From Bacteroidota bacterium (GTDB lineage Bacteria > Bacteroidota > Ignavibacteria > Kapaibacteriales > UBA2268), in assembly GCA_048267165.1 (NCBI GenBank), contig JBLWYD010000009.1, forward strand, positions 4,577 through 68,576: a stretch of DNA of 64,000 bases. The letters run 5' to 3'. The translations under genes and the position numbers were made by a program. Numbering within the stretch: the first letter of the stretch is position 1; each line of letters starts with the position of its first letter. The notes under the pieces were generated by a model that was not told the origin of the DNA, made no database searches, and was given only the letters and a program-made list of their open reading frames with translations. Below are positions 47,501 through 54,651 of the stretch, one piece after another.

Positions 47501-47983
47501 TTCACAAATGATAGTTATTCTATAAATCAGAATCAACCAATTAATAAAGTGAAAACTAATATTCATAACCTGACGGGAACAATCCTATTATCAGATGATT
47601 TGGAATATGATATTACTTTCCCAAGTTATAGCTTCACGAATCCATATATTGAAGTTATAGAGCAACCAGGCAAGATTTACATAGATTCGGTTTGCGTATT
47701 TCCACTAAGAAACATCACTACATTTGACCCAACAACTCTTGATATATCACCAAACCCAGCTAGTGAACAACTGAACATAGACATCACAACAGGTGTACAA
47801 GGAACAATGAAGTTGGAATTAGTAGCTATAGACGGTCGAGTAATCTACTCAGATGAGTGGCTGCAATCTACAAAGTCAAAGCAGATGCTAATAAACACCA
47901 GAGAAGTACCAAGTGGGTTATATCAAGTTCGGTTAATTACTCCTTACGATGCTATTACTAAGAGCGTGATTGTGGTGGAGTAG
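44534..47983 (+). CDS. large T9SS-secreted adhesin-like protein with six Cys-bracketed Ig-like repeats
   Basis: Signal peptide. Six ~75-aa repeats of the form C.G....L......Y.WS.GE.T..I.V...G.Y.V.V....GC. C-terminal ISPNPASEQLNIDI...GLYQVRLITP is a T9SS CTD. Confidence 0.88.
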   Translation: MKTILLLLISILISASTVEAQDTLPFSGKTYYNWYFGIYAGVTFDTPDKEPIFLPNTVLGTGQNSTTISDRDGNFLFHSNGEMLENFKHRIVQRDMGGNDSQNEGSVLAPLYGNKFIFFTCVFANSILNERQFDPPRRLHDSTGLVYSIFSYDYDADTLIFEVFKKQLYKSYRSEAIQLSYSALTGNYILIAVEPKGEISAFEFDLKGNLLREKKQSFYNIDPNTNLLDIRINQMCDKVAVNSSYGFYRFGNETNKTVHNSYLYLMNFDAKKLEFYNYKEYDFGKFQFISIEFSSNSNYLYTILSDLDLDQNSKEYLKRIDLKENQIEDLYSGEIPKSKDYRRTNENIIASAVISELKIAPNNKIYIARNRANHLSSIENPNSKPNPFYLLDPVYFEEFNGITPFGNMDLPQFISASFAPVYVRSEIILCEGEKLELYAKTQLPDTNATYNWTGPKQFKTSEQYPSIDNIQLDQAGLYIVTVRSGQETYTAETFVRVKPTPKPTLEAYPKAFLCNDGVIVLRLKEQFASYLWSTGDTTEFISVTKSGMYGVTVTNEVGCEAYVELNVGFGSDYVIAIEGDTLKCTGESVTLTSTDEYPEYNWSNGEKTRSITVINPARYTLTVKTEEGCTVSRTIEVKDHPKINAVLNPTPTTICNGDSTLLESKYDVPYYSYEWNTGATTRGIYVSSSGTYKLIITDTRTGCTDSTEIAISVEDNLKPEIIGGDICSGQSATLEALPNDPSYTYLWSNGEETPVIEVTQAGTYSVTVSKASCVGTAETTVNESPTPEFTILGETIICNNETAVLSSSDDFAEYLWSTNEITKEIEVTEAGIYTLTVTDINGCTATETRTVEKYELKFDISNDSINFGKVYITETKSDNTTITNNSGFEITLLGGQTIDDGQSYPYNYDFVPIQLGAFSNSIDISIVDPCDTVITIPITATVYARTTISTTDIYTQIGQAETIPVYLECEADLPIQEYTITTDIDRTAFFTNDSYSINQNQPINKVKTNIHNLTGTILLSDDLEYDITFPSYSFTNPYIEVIEQPGKIYIDSVCVFPLRNITTFDPTTLDISPNPASEQLNIDITTGVQGTMKLELVAIDGRVIYSDEWLQSTKSKQMLINTREVPSGLYQVRLITPYDAITKSVIVVE

Positions 47984-47998
47984 TGTGATTTTACATTG

Positions 47999-48360
47999 TA
48001 GAGACGTATTGCGCATACGTCTCAAAATGAAAATGGAATCAGAGACGTATGCAATACGTCTCTACGAAGTGCTGTCATCCTGATAACGCCGCAGGCGTTA
48101 TCAGGATCCAGGAAGAAGAAAGCATTTCCGTCGGCTAAAGCAAATGGGTAAAACACAATTTCTTAATCATCCTGTTCTAACATTTGAAATAATATCAAAT
48201 CCGAGAAACCCCTTAATCCAAATAACCAGTGATTCAGAATAAGGGAGACAGCCACGTCCTTTCAGTCCTCGCTGTGACAGGTTTACTTCCTTGATCCTTC
48301 ATTTCACTCAGGATAGACAGTGCTTTGGTAACTATATCAATACGTCTCTGCAATTCAATA
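47999..48360. repeat. intergenic cluster of perfect palindromes and GC-rich modules
   Basis: gagacgtat-tgcgc-atacgtctc (48001-48023). agagacgtat-gca-atacgtctct (48041-48063). 14-bp-stem palindrome atcctgataacgcc-gca-ggcgttatcaggat (48077-48107). Inverted copies of the 44127/44164 modules at 48267-48320. An extra atacgtctct half-site at 48340-48349. Confidence 0.8.
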
Positions 48361-48367
48361 ACATCAC

Positions 48368-48401
48368 AAAAAAAAGGGTTGCTTAAATAAATAAGCAACC
48401 C
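48368..48401 (-). terminator. rho-independent terminator of the IscA-like gene
   Basis: Perfect 10-bp stem gggttgctta / taagcaaccc. An A-run on the plus strand (48368-48375) reads as a T-run after the stem on the minus strand. Confidence 0.72.
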
Positions 48402-48426
48402 CTCTAGTATCTATACTAATGCTGAC

Positions 48427-48813
48427 TTAGTGTGAGCATCCACAATTGTGTGAGTTAGTAGGATTGTTGAATACGAAACCGCTACCAGATGGTCCATCTA
48501 CATAATCCAAAGTTACACCTTGGATGTAGAATAAACTATGGTCATCAGTTACTATGCTCAATTTACCTGCATCTAACACAACATCGTTTGCATTTACTTC
48601 TGAGTCAAAACCCAAAGAGTAATTCATTCCTGAGCAACCACCGCTGCTTGTGCTAATTCTTAATTTGAAATCAGCTGGAATTTCATTTTCTGCTTTTATT
48701 TGGTCTATTATTCCTAACGCATTGTTCGAAATGATAAATTCGTCTTGCTCTTCTGTTCCTGCGATCATTGTTGGTACTTTTACAAAGTCAACATTCTCTA
48801 GTACTTCAGACAT
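48427..48813 (-). CDS. iron-sulfur cluster insertion/assembly A-type carrier (IscA/ErpA/HesB family)
   Basis: 128 aa. SSGGCSGMNYSLGF and C-terminal FVFNNPTNSHNCGCSH cysteine motif. Confidence 0.88.
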   Translation of the reverse strand: MSEVLENVDFVKVPTMIAGTEEQDEFIISNNALGIIDQIKAENEIPADFKLRISTSSGGCSGMNYSLGFDSEVNANDVVLDAGKLSIVTDDHSLFYIQGVTLDYVDGPSGSGFVFNNPTNSHNCGCSH

Positions 48814-48903
48814 ATTATCACCTCCTTAAATTTAATTTATAAATATTTTCTTTTTGTATTAAGACTAATATTAGTCTCAATTATTATATTCGCAATAACA
48901 AAC

Positions 48904-49995
48904 TTAAAAATTATCGTCGTAATCTACAACTACATTATTTGTTAATGCGTGAGATGTACAAGTCAAGACAAATCCATCTTCAATTTCTTCTTCAGAAAGT
49001 GCATCATCTGCTTCCATCTCTACTTTACCGCCTTTAAGCTTTGCTCTACAAGTAGAACAAGCACCTATCTGGCAACTAAATGGTGGGTCAATCCCTGCCT
49101 TAATCCCAGCTACTAGTATCGTATCGCCGTCGGCTATATCTATCTCGTGTTCTTCACCGTAAAGTATCACTTTAACTTTTTCAACTTTCTCGTCGGGAGC
49201 GTGAGTTTCGTGGTGTTTTACTACCTCAGTTCCTTCGTTTTCCGCTACAGTGAAAGATTCCTTATGTATTTTCTTTTTATCTATGCTGAGCTCTAATAGT
49301 GCAGCTTCTATTTCATTCATCATGCCACCTGGGCCGCACATAAAATACTCTGCATTAGCTATTATAGTCGGGTCTAGTAGCTTAACTATGCCTAAGCAAC
49401 GTTGTTTGTCTATACGTCCTTCTGTGTGCTCTACACCATTGTTTATTGGCTTACTTAACTGATGGATTACCGTTAGTCTATCAACAAATTTCTCTTTCAA
49501 ATCAATTAATGCATCACGGAAGATAATAGTCTCTTCGTTAGAGTTAGCATAAACTAGTATTACTTTGCTCTGTTTTTCTCTGTATAGTACAGATTTCAGA
49601 ATAGAAACAATTGGCGTAATACCACTACCACCAGCAAATAGGATATAAGTTTTCTTATTATTATCATCTAGGTCTATAGTGAAATTACCCAAAGGAGGCA
49701 TTACATCGATAGTATCACCAACTTTCAATCGGCTATTGATATATGGAGAAACCTCACCACCTGATACTTTCTTCACCGTTACGGCTAAGTAATCGTCAGC
49801 ATCGGGGCTTGTGCATATAGAATACGCACGTCTTTCGTCCTTTCCATCGAAATAGAATCGAAGAGTTAGGTATTGACCGTGCTTATATTTGAATTCGTCT
49901 TTTAGATTAGAGGGGATTTCGAATGATATCGTCGTTGCATCTTCCGTTTCTCTTACAATATTGCTTACATTCAGCTTGTGAAATTGTATTGCCAT
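48904..49995 (-). CDS. ferredoxin-NAD(P) reductase-type flavoprotein with C-terminal plant-type 2Fe-2S domain (PaaE-like)
   Basis: FAD motif RAYSICTSP, NAD motif AGGSGITP, 2Fe-2S motif CQIGACSTCRAKL...C. Confidence 0.85.
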   Translation of the reverse strand: MAIQFHKLNVSNIVRETEDATTISFEIPSNLKDEFKYKHGQYLTLRFYFDGKDERRAYSICTSPDADDYLAVTVKKVSGGEVSPYINSRLKVGDTIDVMPPLGNFTIDLDDNNKKTYILFAGGSGITPIVSILKSVLYREKQSKVILVYANSNEETIIFRDALIDLKEKFVDRLTVIHQLSKPINNGVEHTEGRIDKQRCLGIVKLLDPTIIANAEYFMCGPGGMMNEIEAALLELSIDKKKIHKESFTVAENEGTEVVKHHETHAPDEKVEKVKVILYGEEHEIDIADGDTILVAGIKAGIDPPFSCQIGACSTCRAKLKGGKVEMEADDALSEEEIEDGFVLTCTSHALTNNVVVDYDDNF

Positions 49996-50019
49996 TAAAT
50001 TTCTAATTTTAATTTATAA

Positions 50020-50349
50020 TTATAAAAATCCTAGTTCTAGCTTTGCTTCGTCACTCATCATCGACATATCCCAAGGTGGATCGAAAGTCAAAATTGCCTT
50101 CACATCGACTACTTCCTCTAGTTCCATAACCTTCATTTCCACATCACGAGGAATTGAGTCGGCTACTGGGCAGTTCGGAGCAGTTAGCGTCATTATAACC
50201 ACTACTTCGCGATTTTCCGCTACAGTAATGTCATATATTAAGCCAAGCTCAACTATATTGACTGGTATCTCAGGGTCGAAGACTTCTTTAAGCTTTTCGT
50301 AAGCTTTTTCTTCTATTTCTTCTAATACGTCTTTAGTAACACTTTCCAT
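50020..50349 (-). CDS. DUF59/MIP18 family Fe-S assembly protein (SufT/PaaD-like)
   Basis: 109 aa. DPEIPVNIVELGLIYDI...MTLTAPNCPV signature. Confidence 0.85.
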   Translation of the reverse strand: MESVTKDVLEEIEEKAYEKLKEVFDPEIPVNIVELGLIYDITVAENREVVVIMTLTAPNCPVADSIPRDVEMKVMELEEVVDVKAILTFDPPWDMSMMSDEAKLELGFL

Positions 50350-50448
50350 ATTGCAATTTACAAATAAATAATTAAATTAATTCCTATTTGCATAACGAAC
50401 GAGTTAATCGGCTGTTGTGCAAATAGGACTAAAAAAGACTACTTTTCC

Positions 50449-50868
50449 TTATTTTCCTGCAAAAGCAATAGCATAATACTTCATTTGCTTGATCATAGCT
50501 AGTAATCCATTAGATCTAGTTGGAGACAAATGCTCTTTGAGTCCAATCTTATCTACAAAGTATAGCTCCTCTCTAGCAACAGTTTCTGGCTTTTCGCCAT
50601 TAACCACACTTATCAGCAAAGCGATTATGCCTTTTGTAATAAGCGCATCGCTTTCCGCTTTGAATCTCATATTGCCATCAGCGTCAGTCTCAGCAATTAG
50701 CCAAACTCGGGATTGACAACCACGTATTAGGTTCTCTTCCCTCTTATCACGCTCTTCTATTAACTCTAGCTCTTTGCCGAGATCGATTATATAAGCGTAT
50801 TTATCCATCCAATCTTCGAAGAACGAAAATTCGGAGATTATTTCATCTTGTTTTTCTTTCATATCCAT
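50449..50868 (-). CDS. sufE: SufE-like cysteine desulfuration sulfur acceptor
   Basis: 139 aa. Active-site context IRGCQSRVWL and overall SufE length. Confidence 0.85.
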   Translation of the reverse strand: MDMKEKQDEIISEFSFFEDWMDKYAYIIDLGKELELIEERDKREENLIRGCQSRVWLIAETDADGNMRFKAESDALITKGIIALLISVVNGEKPETVAREELYFVDKIGLKEHLSPTRSNGLLAMIKQMKYYAIAFAGK

Positions 50869-51103
50869 ATTACAAAATTATCATTTGTAGTTGCAAAGTA
50901 AAAATTTGAGCAAAATAAATTGGGATTATAGCGGTTGATATTTTTCAATATTGTAGAAAAGGAGCTAAATGAGGCAAACAGATATATACCATTCTGAAAA
51001 TCTTCGGATTCTGTAACTTCTGATGGTAGATGAGCCCAGTCAAAGTGCAGACAATCAACACCCCACTCCAAAATGATGTGACTGCATCGAATTCCATATT
51101 CCT

Positions 51104-51138
51104 AAAAAAAGAGTGCTTGGAATAACCCAAGCACTCTT
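51104..51138 (-). terminator. rho-independent terminator of rny
   Basis: 12-bp stem (51109-51120 / 51127-51138). The plus-strand A-run at 51104-51108 reads as a T-run on the minus strand. Confidence 0.75.
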
Positions 51139-51163
51139 AGTAATTTCTAACTTTACCATTTCG

Positions 51164-52732
51164 TTATTTAGCTAAGGCAACTGCTCTTTTCTCTCTGATT
51201 ACAGTTACTTGTATTTGCCCTGGGTACTCCATATCCTCTTGGATACGAGCTGCAATGCTATCAGCCATTTCGTCAGCAGTAGCGTCATTTACTATTGACG
51301 GTTCTACTATTACTCTTAGGTCACGACCAGCTTGGATAGCGTAAGTTTTGATTACTCCGTCCCACTGATTAGCTATAGATTCTAGTTTTTCTAATCGCTT
51401 TATGTAGTTTTCTAACGATTCACGTCTTGCACCCGGTCTTGCTCCACTTATAGAGTCAGCCGCTTGTACTAGTACAGCTATAGGTGATTCCATTTCTATA
51501 TCTTCGTGGTGTGCACCGATTGCGTTCGTTATGATTGGCTTTTCTTTATATTTAATAGCTAATTCCATACCTACTAGCGCGTGTGGGCCTTCCATTTCTT
51601 TCGGGGCACACTTACCTATATCGTGTAGTAATGCTGCTCTTTTAGCGGTGTTTACGTCCAAATCTAATTGGGCCGCCATTATACCACATATATTTGCAAC
51701 TTCTATAGAGTGATTAAGCAAGTTCTGACCATAAGAAGATCTATATTTCATCTTACCGACGAAGTAAACTAGTCCAGCTTTCATATTAGATAGACCCAAG
51801 TCTAGCAATGCTTTCTGACCAACTTCTACTATTTCTTCTTCTAGTTCTTTTTCAGTTTTGTTGACTACTTCCTCTATTCTCGCTGGGTGTATACGTCCGT
51901 CTAGCATTAGTACTTCTAGTGAACGCTTCGCTACTTCACGTCTGAATGGATCGTAGCCAGATATTATCACTGCTTCAGGAGTATCATCAATTATCAAATC
52001 GATACCAGTTGCCGCTTCGAATGCACGGATATTTCTACCCTCACGACCGATTATACGCCCTTTCATATCATCGCTTTCTAAGTTCACTATTGATACAGTA
52101 TTGTCAATTGCAATGTCAGATGCAGAACGCTGAATAGCTGAAACTACTATGTTCACAGCTTCTTTTCTAGCTTTTACTTTGTAATCTTCTCTGATTTGAT
52201 TTAGCTTCTGAGCCGAGCGTTTACGTACGTCATTCGCTAATTCTTCGAATATTTGCTTGCTCGCATCTTCACGTGACATACCAGAGATTTCCTCTAGTTT
52301 GTGTGTCATTTCTTCGAATAAGTCATTTGTTTTCTTAGACTTTTCGTCTAGAGTTTGTTCTTTTCTTTTTAGGTCTTGCTCGAAATTGTGTAGATTTTTT
52401 TCCTTTTTCAGGATGATATCTAATTTTTCGTCAATACCTTTTTCTCTAGTAGAAACAGCAGTTTCTTTTATCTTAAGTTCTTCTTTCTTATTCTGATAAG
52501 TACTATCAAAATCTTGCTTTTTCTTTCTCCACTCTTCCTTCAACTCTAACTTGCTTTCTCTTTTTATATTGTTAGATTTATCGTAAGCTTGGTCAACTAC
52601 TTTTTTTGCTCTTACTTCGGCTTCTTGTACTTTCTTATCGCCGATTTTCTTTGCTGATAAATAAGCAATAGCACCGAGTACAGCCGAGACTGCTATCCCA
52701 ATACCTATCGCCATCATTATTGATCCGTCCAT
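51164..52732 (-). CDS. rny: ribonuclease Y
   Basis: 522 aa. N-terminal TM helix, long coiled region, KH domain GRIIGREGRNIRAFEAATG, HD domain HSIEV...LLHDIGK. Confidence 0.96.
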   Translation of the reverse strand: MDGSIMMAIGIGIAVSAVLGAIAYLSAKKIGDKKVQEAEVRAKKVVDQAYDKSNNIKRESKLELKEEWRKKKQDFDSTYQNKKEELKIKETAVSTREKGIDEKLDIILKKEKNLHNFEQDLKRKEQTLDEKSKKTNDLFEEMTHKLEEISGMSREDASKQIFEELANDVRKRSAQKLNQIREDYKVKARKEAVNIVVSAIQRSASDIAIDNTVSIVNLESDDMKGRIIGREGRNIRAFEAATGIDLIIDDTPEAVIISGYDPFRREVAKRSLEVLMLDGRIHPARIEEVVNKTEKELEEEIVEVGQKALLDLGLSNMKAGLVYFVGKMKYRSSYGQNLLNHSIEVANICGIMAAQLDLDVNTAKRAALLHDIGKCAPKEMEGPHALVGMELAIKYKEKPIITNAIGAHHEDIEMESPIAVLVQAADSISGARPGARRESLENYIKRLEKLESIANQWDGVIKTYAIQAGRDLRVIVEPSIVNDATADEMADSIAARIQEDMEYPGQIQVTVIREKRAVALAK

Positions 52733-52776
52733 TTAGTTCTCCTAATAAAATCCGATCGATTCGAATAAAAAACCAA

Positions 52777-53022
52777 CGTTTACCATCCCTTTTAGCTCGC
52801 TATCCGAAGATAACGGCTATGTGACGTGTTGAACCCAAAGTCAAACACGGTGGGTGAAAGCTCAACTATATCTAAAATCCGCTGGCCCTTCGTGAGTTCT
52901 ATAAATAACTCAAAATTGACAGTCTGCAACTAAATGCGGTTGCGGCCCGATATCAATAACTGAAGTCTAACTCCCATTATTGTAATTATAGATTCTATTA
53001 CGTAAGACAAGGATAGTAAACG
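52777..53022 (-). ncRNA. candidate structured RNA or rny leader between zapA and rny
   Basis: 13-bp long-range helix, 53010-53022 with 52777-52789. Two of its pairs are G-U on the minus strand but C-A on the plus strand. UUCG-capped hairpin at about 52798-52815. Hairpin at 52825-52849. A U-tract follows the closing helix. There is no convincing ORF. Family unknown. Confidence 0.35.
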
Positions 53023-53077
53023 CGGTAATAATTCTGTAATGAATTGGTAATAAAGAGATTATATTCTAATCTAAAAC

Positions 53078-53356
53078 TTATGAAATCGCTTCTTTTAACA
53101 AATTTGACATATTCCTTAATTCTTTCTGCAAATAATTCACAGAATCTTTCATCATCTCTTCGTTCTTTATGTCGTTCTCAGCTATATTCAATGCTGCCAA
53201 AATTGCTAAAGTTTCTTCGGGCAAATTACCCAAGTTTTTTTTCAAATGTTCTAATTGTTCATTTACTCTTTCAGTAGAAGCAATTACACTCGCTTCATTG
53301 TCACTAGCAAGTGAATATTCTTTATATCCAATTTTTACTTTTACGGTCTTATTCAT
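53078..53356 (-). CDS. zapA: cell division protein ZapA
   Basis: 92 aa. VKVKIGYKEYSLASDNEASVIASTERVNEQLEHL and LAILAALNIAEND match the ZapA pattern. Confidence 0.8.
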   Translation of the reverse strand: MNKTVKVKIGYKEYSLASDNEASVIASTERVNEQLEHLKKNLGNLPEETLAILAALNIAENDIKNEEMMKDSVNYLQKELRNMSNLLKEAIS

Positions 53357-53417
53357 TTGTTACTTGTCTTTTTTTAAGTTCACACTTTGTAAACTATACT
53401 ATAATATCAAAAATTAT

Positions 53418-54635
53418 TTAATTTTCAATGATTTTTTCTATTTTTTGTAGATATTTTTCTAAGCTATCTGCTAACTTCAATCTTTTTTCTTTCGTTTCCA
53501 TTTTGAAGCTGATTGCTTCATTTAGTTCTTCTTCTAGTACTTGTATTTGCTTGTAACGCTTTTTAACTAGTTCTTCCATACTCTCATTTTTAGCGCTTAT
53601 CTGCTCTAATCGATCTTTTAGCTCTTTATTTTCAGTATCCAGTAACTCTATTCTGAATTCTTTCTTCTCTATTTTCTCTTGAAGGTTGCTAACCTCTTGT
53701 CCTTCGCGCTTTATGTCCGTATTATCAAAAGACATAGTGCCAAATAAGGTTTGACCAAGTACACCATAGCCAGCTTCGTTCAGTTCTTTTACTTCTTGCT
53801 TTTTAACTTCTAGCTCACTTCTCAGATTGTCAATCTCTTTTTCCAAATCGAAGTTATTACTTTCTGGCTGTTCTTGCTCTCTTATTTCTTTTAGTTTTGA
53901 TTCAAGTATTTCTATTGTTTCTACTTTTTGCTCTATCTCTTTGTTCAGTAGCTCTTTCTCGCGCGCGTGTTCAGATTCCAAAGCATAAGTCAGTTGCTTT
54001 AGCTCGTCTATATTTTTTAAGAACTGCTCTTCATCTTCTTTTGATGATTCTACTAATTTATCGTATTCCTTAGCTTTTTCTTTTAGTTCGGGAAAGTCTT
54101 CTAGTTTCAGTTTGAAATGATAGATCTCATTTTTCAGATGAGCGCTTTTCTCTACTATATCCGCCATCTCTTTGTCTTTCTCAAATATCTCTTCTTGCTT
54201 AGTGATTAAAGCTTTCTTCACATAATCGTGATTATTTCTCAAATCTTCGATTACTATATCTTTCTGGTTATTAGTGTTAGAGAGTGATTCTACTTTTTGC
54301 TTTAACTCCAATTCGTTGGCAGTTAACTCTGAATCACGTACTTTCAGATCATCTAACTGCAACAAACTATCTTCCAAATCATTGCTCAGAGAATTTATCT
54401 CAGCTTCTAGCTGCTCTACTTTGTACTCTGTTGCTTTTAGTTTATGCCTTAGGTCTGATTCTACATCCTTTACTTCAGTCAAAGAATTATCATTGTTCAT
54501 CAATGATTCGTACAATTCGTTATTCTTTTCTCTTAGGGTCTCGTTCTCAGATTTTAATTCTACTAACAAAGTAGTAGCATTTACAAGTAAATCTTTGAAC
54601 TCGTTTATCTGTTGTATCAGGTTGTCGCTAATCAT
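53418..54635 (-). CDS. long coiled-coil protein (405 aa), unknown function
   Basis: Nearly continuous heptad-like E/K/L-rich sequence, no TM helix or signal peptide. Lies between pheT and zapA on the same strand. Confidence 0.8.
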   Translation of the reverse strand: MISDNLIQQINEFKDLLVNATTLLVELKSENETLREKNNELYESLMNNDNSLTEVKDVESDLRHKLKATEYKVEQLEAEINSLSNDLEDSLLQLDDLKVRDSELTANELELKQKVESLSNTNNQKDIVIEDLRNNHDYVKKALITKQEEIFEKDKEMADIVEKSAHLKNEIYHFKLKLEDFPELKEKAKEYDKLVESSKEDEEQFLKNIDELKQLTYALESEHAREKELLNKEIEQKVETIEILESKLKEIREQEQPESNNFDLEKEIDNLRSELEVKKQEVKELNEAGYGVLGQTLFGTMSFDNTDIKREGQEVSNLQEKIEKKEFRIELLDTENKELKDRLEQISAKNESMEELVKKRYKQIQVLEEELNEAISFKMETKEKRLKLADSLEKYLQKIEKIIEN

Positions 54636-54651
54636 TTCGCTCTATCTTATA

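Noticed and set aside
50859-51130. Two overlapping minus-strand ORFs (70 and 61 aa) between sufE and the rny terminator
   Set aside because: They are mutually exclusive frames. One overlaps the sufE start. They have no recognisable motifs, and the region more likely holds the suf promoter. A small protein cannot be excluded.
52733-53077. Straightforward identification as 6S RNA, based on zapA adjacency
   Set aside because: I could not fold the segment into the long imperfect rod with a central bubble that defines 6S. It has a closing helix enclosing several local hairpins. It is kept only as an unnamed candidate RNA or leader.
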